IMG/VR virus record: IMGVR_UViG_3300023174_000040
Span: 62,001-126,000 of that record
Direction: 5' to 3' (one strand)
DNA: 64,000 nucleotides
In this document: piece by piece, positions 46,402 through 54,454 of the stretch
How the letters are laid out: each line of letters starts with the position of its first letter
Numbering within the stretch: position 1 is the first letter of the stretch
Notes under the pieces: generated by a model
Database searches by the model: none
Told to the model about the DNA's origin: nothing
The model's input: the letters and a program-made list of their open reading frames with translations, nothing else
Program-made: the position numbers and the translations under genes

Positions 46402-47328
46402 ATGTCAAAGGAAAGTGCAACAAAGAAGAAGTGTCCCACTTGCGGCAAGGGCATTTCAAGCAAGAAGATTGCAGATAGCCTAATGCCAGATAGCCTGACA
46501 AGTCTTGGGACTGTTGCTAGGCTCAATAAAGATCTCACTAATAAGATCAAGACCCTCACCAAGGATGAAGTGAGGTATATTGTCGATTACTATTATATGA
46601 TTCAAGAGAATCGTAAGCGAAGCACTAATCAGATCACCGCTTTTGGCAAGGATAAAGAGCCTCATGAACTCTTTAGTTTCTTGAACGATCAAACAGAAGT
46701 TCTTGAAACTCAAATCAAACGGGCTATGGATCACTGGACTGATAGTTTTTTGATTGCAAAGATTTTGAAGGATAAGGTTTACGGAATCGGTCCTGTGATT
46801 ACTGCTGGTCTTGTTGCTCATATTGACATCAATAAGGCAAAGACCGCTGGTGCTATTTGGCGTTATGCTGGTCTTGATCCCACAAGTAAGTGGGAAAAGG
46901 GTCAAAAGCGTCCCTGGAACGCCAGCCTTAAAACCCTGTGCTGGAAGGTTGGACAGAGTTTCATGAAGTTCTCTGGTAAGGAAGAGTGCTTCTATGGTAA
47001 GCTTTACAAGTCCCAGAAGGAGTTTCTTGTAAAAAAGAACCTTGAAGGCGGATTCAAGGAACTTGCTGATTCTGTCTTGAATTCAAAGAACTTCAAGAAC
47101 AAGGAAGTTATCGCTAAGTATAAGAGTGGAATTCTGCCAGATGGTCATGTGGATGCTATGGCAAGGCGTTGGGTGGTTAAGTTGTTCCTGAGTAATGTCC
47201 ATGAACTTTGGTGCAAGGTTGAGGGAATTGATTGCCCCAAGCCTTATGTCATGGCTCATTTGGGACACACCCATCATATCATTCAGCCAAATCTTTTGGA
47301 TATTGATGAGTATTTGAAGAAGGATTAA
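46402..47328 (+). CDS. Nop-domain / IS110-related RNA-binding protein, TasA-like (no RuvC or HNH domain)
   Basis: Coiled coil, then VYGIGPVITAGLVAHIDI...GAIWRYAGLDP...WNASLKTLCW...HVDAMARRWVVKLFL (Transposase_20/Nop-like); no N-terminal DEDD RuvC domain and no IS110 SG serine motif; linked to 36-nt dual-repeat arrays. Confidence 0.8.
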   Translation: MSKESATKKKCPTCGKGISSKKIADSLMPDSLTSLGTVARLNKDLTNKIKTLTKDEVRYIVDYYYMIQENRKRSTNQITAFGKDKEPHELFSFLNDQTEVLETQIKRAMDHWTDSFLIAKILKDKVYGIGPVITAGLVAHIDINKAKTAGAIWRYAGLDPTSKWEKGQKRPWNASLKTLCWKVGQSFMKFSGKEECFYGKLYKSQKEFLVKKNLEGGFKELADSVLNSKNFKNKEVIAKYKSGILPDGHVDAMARRWVVKLFLSNVHELWCKVEGIDCPKPYVMAHLGHTHHIIQPNLLDIDEYLKKD

Positions 47329-47331
47329 AAC

Positions 47332-47490
47332 ATGAATTACTATATTGAAAAGCATGATATGGAAATTATTCTTGATGCTTTAGAATGTCTGAGTGAACAT
47401 ATCAAGACTAATAACAATAGTCCATATCCTTGGACTGTTGAAGATGTTGATGCACTTTTTCAAAGTTTTGATAATAGCAGGTCAGAGTAA
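47332..47490 (+). CDS. small hypothetical protein
   Basis: 52-aa ORF read by hand (MNYYIEKHD...). Confidence 0.5.
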   Translation: MNYYIEKHDMEIILDALECLSEHIKTNNNSPYPWTVEDVDALFQSFDNSRSE

Positions 47491-47536
47491 CAGATTATTG
47501 AAAAACTGTTTAAGTCAATGTCTGGGTAAGTAAACA

Positions 47537-47848
47537 ATGAATAAAAAGTTAAATTTTTTTAAAGATTTCACTTTAGGCGATGTCCTAAACAGTATAAATG
47601 AAAAATTTTTAGTTGATATGTCTAAAGATGAAGAAGAATACTTTCTCTGCCAAATAGAAATAGATAAAGTCGAACAGAATGATGTTGGAATTTTTGATGG
47701 AAAAAATTGTATGCGTTGTCTTTCCTCAAAAGATGTTCTTAAATTAATTGATCATATTTTAACAAAAGTCAAGAGTGAACCAGGTTTCTTGATTTTAACA
47801 TGCGTCATGAGTGAACCAGAAGCCCAGATAGGTTTATTGATAACATGA
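47537..47848 (+). CDS. hypothetical protein whose 3' end is TIGR-like repeat DNA
   Basis: ORF track; the last ~30 codons overlap the satellite array. Confidence 0.55.
   Translation: MNKKLNFFKDFTLGDVLNSINEKFLVDMSKDEEEYFLCQIEIDKVEQNDVGIFDGKNCMRCLSSKDVLKLIDHILTKVKSEPGFLILTCVMSEPEAQIGLLIT
47756..47829 (+). repeat. two-unit satellite TIGR-like array
   Basis: ATTTTAACA-aaagtcaag-AGTGAACC-aggtttcttg-ATTTTAACA-tgcgtcatg-AGTGAACC-agaagcccag-AT. Confidence 0.85.
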
Positions 47849-47926
47849 AAAAATAGTAGAGATCCGGCCGATTCCTTTTACCATTCGGCCCGAGAATAAA
47901 GAAACAAAAAGAAAACCTTAAAAATT

Positions 47927-48382
47927 ATGAATACTATTAAAATAGCCGCTGAAAAAGACTTGAATGTTGTAAATAAAATTTTTGAATGTTGGGACTTTCT
48001 TAAACTTTATGGATTTGTTCACGAGTTTGATGAAGATGAAGAGCAAATTTTAAAGTTTCTAACCGAGACTAAAAAGACTATTGAGAATTTATCAAACAAC
48101 CCAATTCAGACATTGATGGAATCCGATCCACATAATGAAGTTGTAGAAATTAATTTAAGCGGAAACAACGACCCGCTCAAAAGTTTTGTTCAAAATTTAG
48201 AAGATACTAATAAGAACAAAGTATTTTTCTTTTATGCGGATGTTTACGACCAAGTTCCAAATTTTGATTGGCCTAAAATTTGGGAAAAAATTGCCAAAAA
48301 TACAATCGAAGCACTACTGATGGAAAAGTATGAAGTAAAGTGGATGACCGGCGGATACGTTGGCAAATTTCCGGTTGAATAA
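47927..48382 (+). CDS. hypothetical protein
   Basis: ORF track. Confidence 0.7.
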   Translation: MNTIKIAAEKDLNVVNKIFECWDFLKLYGFVHEFDEDEEQILKFLTETKKTIENLSNNPIQTLMESDPHNEVVEINLSGNNDPLKSFVQNLEDTNKNKVFFFYADVYDQVPNFDWPKIWEKIAKNTIEALLMEKYEVKWMTGGYVGKFPVE

Positions 48383-48488
48383 AACCACATCGTCTGACTT
48401 GTGGTCAAAGATTGGAATTGTTTGGAACAATGTTATAAGTTAGACACCAGGTGATCTTTGAAAATCTTTAAATAAAGGAAAAGAAAAA

Positions 48489-48794
48489 ATGAACAATAAG
48501 ACTGGTTCAATGGTTTATGCTAAGATTACAGGTCGAGGTGAGTTTCCTATTGATATGTTAAGGTATGATTTGTGTAGTCCTGCAACAGAAGAAGATAGCA
48601 ATTTGATTCGCAGGACATTTTATGGTCTTAATTATAACTGGATTGTGATTGTTAAGCGACCTTTGCTTGAACGACGGCTTAAGAACAATCCTGTTTTTAC
48701 TTATGGTCGTTGGCAGAGTTTTGGTTGTAATATTGTTGAAGTTAATTCTTGTTACGAAAGTCGGATGGTAAAACCGGAAGTAATTGCCGGGTAA
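48489..48794 (+). CDS. hypothetical phage protein
   Basis: GRGEFPIDMLRYD...GRWQSFG. Confidence 0.75.
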   Translation: MNNKTGSMVYAKITGRGEFPIDMLRYDLCSPATEEDSNLIRRTFYGLNYNWIVIVKRPLLERRLKNNPVFTYGRWQSFGCNIVEVNSCYESRMVKPEVIAG

Positions 48795-48813
48795 TTTAAA
48801 ACTGGAGAAAAAA

Positions 48814-49140
48814 ATGCTAACCGAAATTAGTGTTGTTGCAAGCGATGATGAAACTTTTGAAAAGTATGGTGACGAAATAGACTTTAACATTGAAGTTGAA
48901 TGGGACGAATCAACAATAAGTTGGGAAAGTGATATTTGGAATACTTACGTTGGACCAACTGGAATTTTAGAAGAGTTTGTTGATGCTAAACTTAAGCAAG
49001 CCAAGTTAGATGGCGAACTTATGCCCCTGACTGAAGATCTTGAAAAGTTTGCAATCAAGAAACTGAGGGAGGGATGGCTTAAGGCCACAAATACATCAAA
49101 TGGCTATAGTGGTGAAATCTTAGATATGTATGAAGAATAA
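48814..49140 (+). CDS. acidic hypothetical protein
   Basis: ggaga RBS. Confidence 0.7.
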   Translation: MLTEISVVASDDETFEKYGDEIDFNIEVEWDESTISWESDIWNTYVGPTGILEEFVDAKLKQAKLDGELMPLTEDLEKFAIKKLREGWLKATNTSNGYSGEILDMYEE

Positions 49141-49767
49141 ATGATAAAACAAGCAATGAACGAGTTGTCTATTGAAGAAATTCAAAAAAATTTGAATTTT
49201 ACTGTCCCCAATATCACAGATTTTGTAGAAAAATACAAAAATCATTTTGAAGAATTTCTAAAAGATCCGACAGAACTTGTCACAAAAATAATTCGTGCAA
49301 TAGTGTCTAAAAAAAATTATGAGCATTTAGCAGAAGAATTAGATTTGCCGCCTTCATATGTTTATAGTATTGGCGTAATGATGAAAAATAATTCAGAATT
49401 TATAAAAAATTCTAATTCATTTGAGTCTATGCTTTGTTCTTTTTCAAAAAATATAAATTACGAATCTTTTTTACATTCAACAAAAGCAAAAAAAGAAAGC
49501 GAATTTATAATCAATATTTACAATTTTGAATTTCCAGATTGGTTTGACGAATCTGAACCATTGGTGATAACTTATCCTTGTGATATTTCTAATTACTTTG
49601 AATTACAAGATAATTTACATTTGAGGATTTTTGAAAACAATCATTGGGAATGTCCTTTGAGAAATCAAACTGGAGATAAACATCATTACATTACTGCTGA
49701 AACCAATCTTCAAAAAGAAGAAATGTTGCAATTTTTATTGTTGGGCTGTAAATATTTATTTTATTGA
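49141..49767 (+). CDS. hypothetical protein
   Basis: ORF track. Confidence 0.7.
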   Translation: MIKQAMNELSIEEIQKNLNFTVPNITDFVEKYKNHFEEFLKDPTELVTKIIRAIVSKKNYEHLAEELDLPPSYVYSIGVMMKNNSEFIKNSNSFESMLCSFSKNINYESFLHSTKAKKESEFIINIYNFEFPDWFDESEPLVITYPCDISNYFELQDNLHLRIFENNHWECPLRNQTGDKHHYITAETNLQKEEMLQFLLLGCKYLFY

Positions 49768-49779
49768 GAAGAAAAATTT

Positions 49780-50184
49780 ATGAATATCGGAAAACTTATT
49801 AAAGAAAATCGCAAAAAATTAAATATGACCCAAAAAGAGTTGGCACAAACTCTTGGAATTAGTCATATCACAGTTTGCAGATGGGAAACTAATTTTATAG
49901 TTCCAACAAATTATAACTGGATAGTTCTACAAAATTTATTCGGACTACGAAAAGACAATTTAATAATGCCAACTAAAGGCTTTACACCAGTAAAAGTTAG
50001 AATTATTAAGCCTTTGAAAAAATTCAAGAAAATAAATAAAACCGCTGAAAGAAACAAACAAATTATCGAAAATTATAAAAAAGGAATACCAATAGACAAT
50101 TTAGCAAAATTCTACTCCATAAAGGAAAGTACAATAAAAAGTATTCTACTTAGTCAAAAAATAAAATTAAATGTAAGAGAATAA
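49780..50184 (+). CDS. XRE/Cro-family HTH transcriptional regulator
   Basis: IKENRKKLNMTQKELAQTLGISHITVCRWE; second HTH-like tail IDNLAKFYSIKESTI. Confidence 0.85.
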   Translation: MNIGKLIKENRKKLNMTQKELAQTLGISHITVCRWETNFIVPTNYNWIVLQNLFGLRKDNLIMPTKGFTPVKVRIIKPLKKFKKINKTAERNKQIIENYKKGIPIDNLAKFYSIKESTIKSILLSQKIKLNVRE

Positions 50185-50211
50185 GATTTTGATTCCCAGC
50201 CAGTGGCTGGG

Positions 50212-50840
50212 ATTTTAACAAGAGTCAAGAGTGAACCAGAAGCCCAGATTTTTTCATTTTGCCGGAGTGAACCAACCTGATTGATTTTAACAAGGACGAG
50301 AAGTGAACCATTATTAACGATTTTAACATGAACGTTGAGTGAGTCATCAGACTGGATTTTTACATACTGCCGGAGCGAACCAAGCCCGACGATTTTAACA
50401 AGGTGATCAAGTGAACCAGCGATGGTGATTTTTAACAAAAGAACCATCATTCGATATTTAACAAGGTAGTTGAGTGAACCAATGTGAGAGATTTTGCATG
50501 TATAGTGAGTGAACCTTCGACCCGGATTTTAACACTGATCAAGAGTGAACCTAGCCCTTCGATTTTAACAAGGTAGTTGAGTGAACCACAGTCGGGAATT
50601 TTAACAAATTTGGTGAGTGAACCATCATTCGATATTTTAACAAGGTAGTTGAGTGAACCACAGACCCGGATTTTAAACAGTGATCAACAGTGAACCAATT
50701 TGCTTGATTTTAACAAGGTGAAAGAGTGAACCTAGTGCCGGTATTTTAACAATGTGCGAGAGTGAACCAAATAAGAAGATTTTAACATGATGGTTTAGTG
50801 AACCTAGCTGTGCGATTTTAACAATGTGCGAGAGTGAACC
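50212..50840 (+). repeat. TIGR-like tandem interspaced guide RNA array (18 units, 36-nt period)
   Basis: Alternating ATTTTAACA and AGTGAACC blocks separated by variable 9-nt and 10-nt segments; one unit partly deleted. Confidence 0.88.
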
Positions 50841-50891
50841 AAAAAATTCTACTTGAAAAAAGTTTAAAAGTGTGTTAAAGTGAAAAACCAA

Positions 50892-50910
50892 GTTTCCCTC
50901 CGGTACGGTT
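50892..50910 (+). promoter_or_regulatory. conserved 19-nt motif copy
   Basis: gtttccctccggtacggtt just downstream of the array. Confidence 0.65.
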
Positions 50911-51024
50911 GGAGGGAACTTTGTGAGCGTGACTTGGGGCTGCCTCTCCTAAATCTATAGTCCGTAAAAAGTGTAAAAATAATCAGTGCAGAATAACCCA
51001 CAAACACTCAAAGGAGAAATTAAA

Positions 51025-51369
51025 ATGAAATGGACAAATTGTTATACGCAAGAAAGTGCCAAGTATATTGCTAACTGCCCTACTATTGCAAGGGCTTATG
51101 GATATTCCACCAATTATAAGCCTAATCAATCATACAAAATTTTAGAATTTAAAAATGGTCTTGGAGATATTTGGTGTGAAATACAAATAAAAGGTATTTT
51201 CTTTAATAAATGTTTTAAGTGTTGGCATCCGTCTGAATATGGCCCAACATCTTTTATACCATCCTTCAAAAGTAAAGAAGATATTAAAGATTTTTTCATT
51301 GCTCTTGAAAAAGAATATAGTAATTATAAATTAAAAAACACAATTACAATTCAAGAATCATCAATGTGA
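51025..51369 (+). CDS. hypothetical protein
   Basis: aaggag RBS. Confidence 0.7.
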   Translation: MKWTNCYTQESAKYIANCPTIARAYGYSTNYKPNQSYKILEFKNGLGDIWCEIQIKGIFFNKCFKCWHPSEYGPTSFIPSFKSKEDIKDFFIALEKEYSNYKLKNTITIQESSM

Positions 51370-51381
51370 ACTCCAAAATAA

Positions 51382-51466
51382 GCTGAAGTGGCGAAACTGG
51401 CGAAACGCAGGGGACTTAAAATCCCCCACATTAGAAACACTGCGGGTTCGAATCCCGCCTTCAGCA
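51382..51466 (+). tRNA. tRNA-Leu(UAA)
   Basis: GCTGAAG/CTTCAGC acceptor, GGGGA-CTTAAAA-TCCCC anticodon arm, long variable arm, TTCGAAT loop. Confidence 0.95.
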
Positions 51467-51482
51467 CTGTAAATAAAAACAA

Positions 51483-51842
51483 GGGGGCGTAAAGGTATCG
51501 ACTGGATAAAAAGATTTATAACTGCATGTCGAGGTTAGTCGAACGGCCTCGTTAAAATTCGACTAAAGCCTTAACTGGCACTGTTAATTACGCAATGGCT
51601 GCCTGATAAAAAGGGCAACCACGAATCTAGGAAGCTAATGTTGGATGCGTCCTAAAATTCGTCGTCAAATCCAACTGGTTTTCTGGTGGTCAACTTACCT
51701 GAAAACGAGAAAATAGGTTGAGAGATTTTAAAGACTTTTGTTTATTGTAATCTTTAAAATCTATTTGAACAATAAACCAAACATGTGAAGAAGTTATATT
51801 TTGATTTATTTCAGGACAGGAGTTCGACTCTCCTCGCCTCCA
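51483..51842 (+). ncRNA. ssrA: tmRNA; tag (A)GTVNYAMAA*
   Basis: 5' GGGGGCG pairs with 3' CGCCTCC-A, G-U at position 3, T-arm caggag-ttcgact-ctcct; tag ORF ggc act gtt aat tac gca atg gct gcc tga. Confidence 0.92.
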
Positions 51843-51867
51843 TTTATAATTTCAACTAAAGGAAAAC

Positions 51868-52074
51868 ATGAAAAAAATCGTTAATAACAACAACAATCTA
51901 AAAATAAAAAAGATCGTTGGTTCTACCCTTTGCTTTTTGATTTTATCTTCTGCCGTTATTGCAATTGCAGGTATTTGGGGTGGATTGACAGGAGAAATTG
52001 TTTGGCAATGTCTCCTTACATTTGGTGTAGCAGGATCATCAATTGCCTTGGGTGCTGCTGTCTACTTTAAATAA
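51868..52074 (+). CDS. two-helix membrane protein
   Basis: aagga RBS; hydrophobic. Confidence 0.7.
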   Translation: MKKIVNNNNNLKIKKIVGSTLCFLILSSAVIAIAGIWGGLTGEIVWQCLLTFGVAGSSIALGAAVYFK

Positions 52075-52078
52075 TATA

Positions 52079-52176
52079 GGTTGATTTCCCGACTTTAAAT
52101 AATCTGGATTGGTCAAAGGGGTTTGACTGTAAATCAAATGCTATTAGCTTCGCAGGTTCGAATCCTGCATCAACCA
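52079..52176 (+). tRNA. tRNA-Tyr(GUA) with an enlarged D-loop
   Basis: GGTTGAT/ATCAACC acceptor, TTTGA-CTGTAAA-TCAAA, long variable arm; about 16 extra nt in the D-loop. Confidence 0.85.
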
Positions 52177-52324
52177 GTTTATTTTTCCTCTGCCCTCTCC
52201 CTAGTGCCTCTCTCGCCCCACCGTTGGCCCTCTCCCGCCCGTTTCCCGCTTCTCGTTCCACAGACTCCATGAGCAGCAAAAACCTTCACAGTCACCTTTT
52301 TAAGAAGCTCTTTTAAGGGAAAAA

Positions 52325-52573
52325 ATGAAACCTATTGAAGTTGGATTTGATGGAAGTTTTCAGATATGGTCAAAACACTTACCATCTAAAACCACAGACA
52401 TAAGACTGGCAGAGTTGCCAACATCTGAAAACTTTTCAGAATCATCGAATCCAAATTTTCAATTACCCAATACATTTTTATGGATCAGATCAGAAGATCC
52501 AAGGTTATTATACAGAAACAAGGATGGCACACTTTATAATGTTAATTTTGAGTCTATAGCAAAATCTGTTTGA
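52325..52573 (+). CDS. hypothetical protein
   Basis: ORF track. Confidence 0.6.
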   Translation: MKPIEVGFDGSFQIWSKHLPSKTTDIRLAELPTSENFSESSNPNFQLPNTFLWIRSEDPRLLYRNKDGTLYNVNFESIAKSV

Positions 52574-52824
52574 ATCAACCACTAAACAAGAAAGGACTTT
52601 TTGTTGTGAGTTCTGTTAAAGCCAGTAAGTCAGTAAGGAATTGGGTTGTTGCAACATACTGCGATTATGGTCAAGAGAATAAAAAGAGAGTTCTTAGACT
52701 TAGTTATAGTCTAAAATCAAGTAAGGGTGCTTGGGATAAACTCAAGAATTATTTCAGCAAGAATGGTTATCGTTGTTGGCAAGAGGATAAAAAGGGAAAT
52801 ATCCTAAACGACAGTAGGTCATAG
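52570..52824 (+). CDS. hypothetical protein
   Basis: ORF track (TTG start). Confidence 0.55.
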   Translation: MNQPLNKKGLFVVSSVKASKSVRNWVVATYCDYGQENKKRVLRLSYSLKSSKGAWDKLKNYFSKNGYRCWQEDKKGNILNDSRS

Positions 52825-52827
52825 ATC

Positions 52828-53502
52828 ATGGAACATTTACAACAAAAATATTGTTTTTCATTATTAAAAAAATTCAATATTCCTATTGAAACAATAATAG
52901 ATGTGGGAGTATTTGTTGACACTCCTGTTTTAAGAAGTTTTTTCCCAGATAAAACTCACATATTATTTGAACCAATAGAAGAATTTCGGCCAATTATAGA
53001 AAATACATACAGAGATATTCAACACAAACTTTATAGTTTTCCTTTATATGAAGAAGACTGTGAAGTGAAAATGAAAATTAGTCTTGATGAAAATAAAAAA
53101 ATTAAACATTCAAGAATAACAAAAGAAGATTGTAAAAATTTTCGTGTAATGCAGGCTAAAAAGCTAGATTCAGTACTAAAAGACACCGATTTTAAAAAAC
53201 CTTACTTTCTAAAATTAGATGTCGATGATGCCGAATTAGAAATATTAAAAGGTGCAGTTGAAACTCTAAAATACTGTTCTGTTATACAGATAGAGATGCA
53301 CCCGAGAGATTTTCTGGAACGTTCTAATTTTATAGAACAACATGGTTTTAAATTGTTTGACATAGTGGATAATATTTACTATGAGGGACAATTAAGACAA
53401 TTCGATATGTTTTTTGTAAAAAGAGATATTTTAATAGAATATAATAGAGATTTTGAGAGTATGAAACTATTTGATCCAAATCTGTGGAAATCATTTAGAT
53501 GA
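52828..53502 (+). CDS. FkbM-family methyltransferase
   Basis: IIDVGV, LFEP, KLD, FLKLDVDDAELEILKGA, IQIE. Confidence 0.85.
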   Translation: MEHLQQKYCFSLLKKFNIPIETIIDVGVFVDTPVLRSFFPDKTHILFEPIEEFRPIIENTYRDIQHKLYSFPLYEEDCEVKMKISLDENKKIKHSRITKEDCKNFRVMQAKKLDSVLKDTDFKKPYFLKLDVDDAELEILKGAVETLKYCSVIQIEMHPRDFLERSNFIEQHGFKLFDIVDNIYYEGQLRQFDMFFVKRDILIEYNRDFESMKLFDPNLWKSFR

Positions 53503-53539
53503 AGTAGTATAATCCATCAAGGAAGATGGAGGTAGTAAT

Positions 53540-53791
53540 ATGAAGTACGGAAACTGTCTTTTTGGTGCATTTGTTTTATTGTGGACCGAAAGAAAAAATA
53601 ATCCACGATTTATAGTTAGGTACAGACCAGAGACCAGAATCCCGCACTTTATGGTAATTACCAAGGACTGTCTTTATCATTACAAGACTATTAAAGATAT
53701 TTTGCCTTGGCCACTATGCTATATTGTTTTCTTGGGAGAGTTTCAAAAACTTGAGCACGATAAAGAATACTTATTTCAAAAAAGAATATGA
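53540..53791 (+). CDS. hypothetical protein
   Basis: GNCLFGA...IPHF. Confidence 0.7.
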   Translation: MKYGNCLFGAFVLLWTERKNNPRFIVRYRPETRIPHFMVITKDCLYHYKTIKDILPWPLCYIVFLGEFQKLEHDKEYLFQKRI

Positions 53792-53855
53792 AGAAATGTA
53801 TTGAAGTTTCTTGTAGTTTCTTGTATATTTGCTATTGAATTCAAGGAGTAATTAA

Positions 53856-54296
53856 ATGAAAAAAATAGTTGCAAAAAAGTGGATTAAGGCTCTTAGAAGT
53901 GGAAAATATAAACGAGGAGAAGGTTTTCTCAAGCACTTCAACAGCAGGAATCAACCAAGGCACTGTTGTTTGGGAGTTCTTTGTGAGTTATATAATGAGT
54001 CAATGAAAAATAATCACAAGAAAACTCTTGCGGTTAAAACCTCTAATAGTGGTCGGCCTGCCCACGCCGACCGTCCCGAAAATGGATATGTTATATTCGG
54101 TGGCAAATATGGTAATTTGCCTGCTAATGTAAGAAGGTGGGCAGGAATGAAAGACTCTAATGGTGGGTTTACTTACATAGGAAAAGATCAATATGGTGAG
54201 TATAAAAAATTTGAGAGTCTATCTATATTAAATGATACTGGTAAGACATTCAAAACTATTGCTAACATTATTGAAAATAATATAGAGAGCATATGA
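53856..54296 (+). CDS. conserved hypothetical phage protein
   Basis: KKWIKALRSGKY...HCCLGVLCE...LNDTGKTFKTIANIIE. Confidence 0.8.
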   Translation: MKKIVAKKWIKALRSGKYKRGEGFLKHFNSRNQPRHCCLGVLCELYNESMKNNHKKTLAVKTSNSGRPAHADRPENGYVIFGGKYGNLPANVRRWAGMKDSNGGFTYIGKDQYGEYKKFESLSILNDTGKTFKTIANIIENNIESI

Positions 54297-54437
54297 GAGA
54301 CCTATCGCCAGAAGATATCAACGATTTGGACTGATGAGTTTGAATATATCATTCCAGATGGAAGTATAGATAAAGAAACGGCTGAATATGATTTACATAA
54401 TAGATCAGTAAAAGATTACAAGCATTACAAAAATTAA
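54293..54437 (+). pseudogene. decayed paralog of 36688..37002
   Basis: Encodes IPDGSIDKETAEYDLHN with no intact 5' frame. Confidence 0.55.
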
Positions 54438-54454
54438 GAATTAGGATTATATTA

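Noticed and set aside
46402-47328. IS110-family transposase / bridge recombinase
   Set aside because: Only the C-terminal RNA-binding half is recognisable. The DEDD RuvC domain and the SG catalytic serine motif are missing, and no IS ends are evident.
50212-50840. CRISPR array
   Set aside because: There is no single 23-47-nt repeat. Two 8-9-nt conserved blocks alternate with 9-10-nt variable segments, and no cas genes are in the window.
50154-50891. Minus-strand ORFs 50154..50450 and 50673..50891 encoding GSL...VKI 12-aa repeats
   Set aside because: They are shadows of the 36-nt array. Conservation includes wobble positions, indels break the frame mid-array, and the first ORF overlaps the XRE gene.
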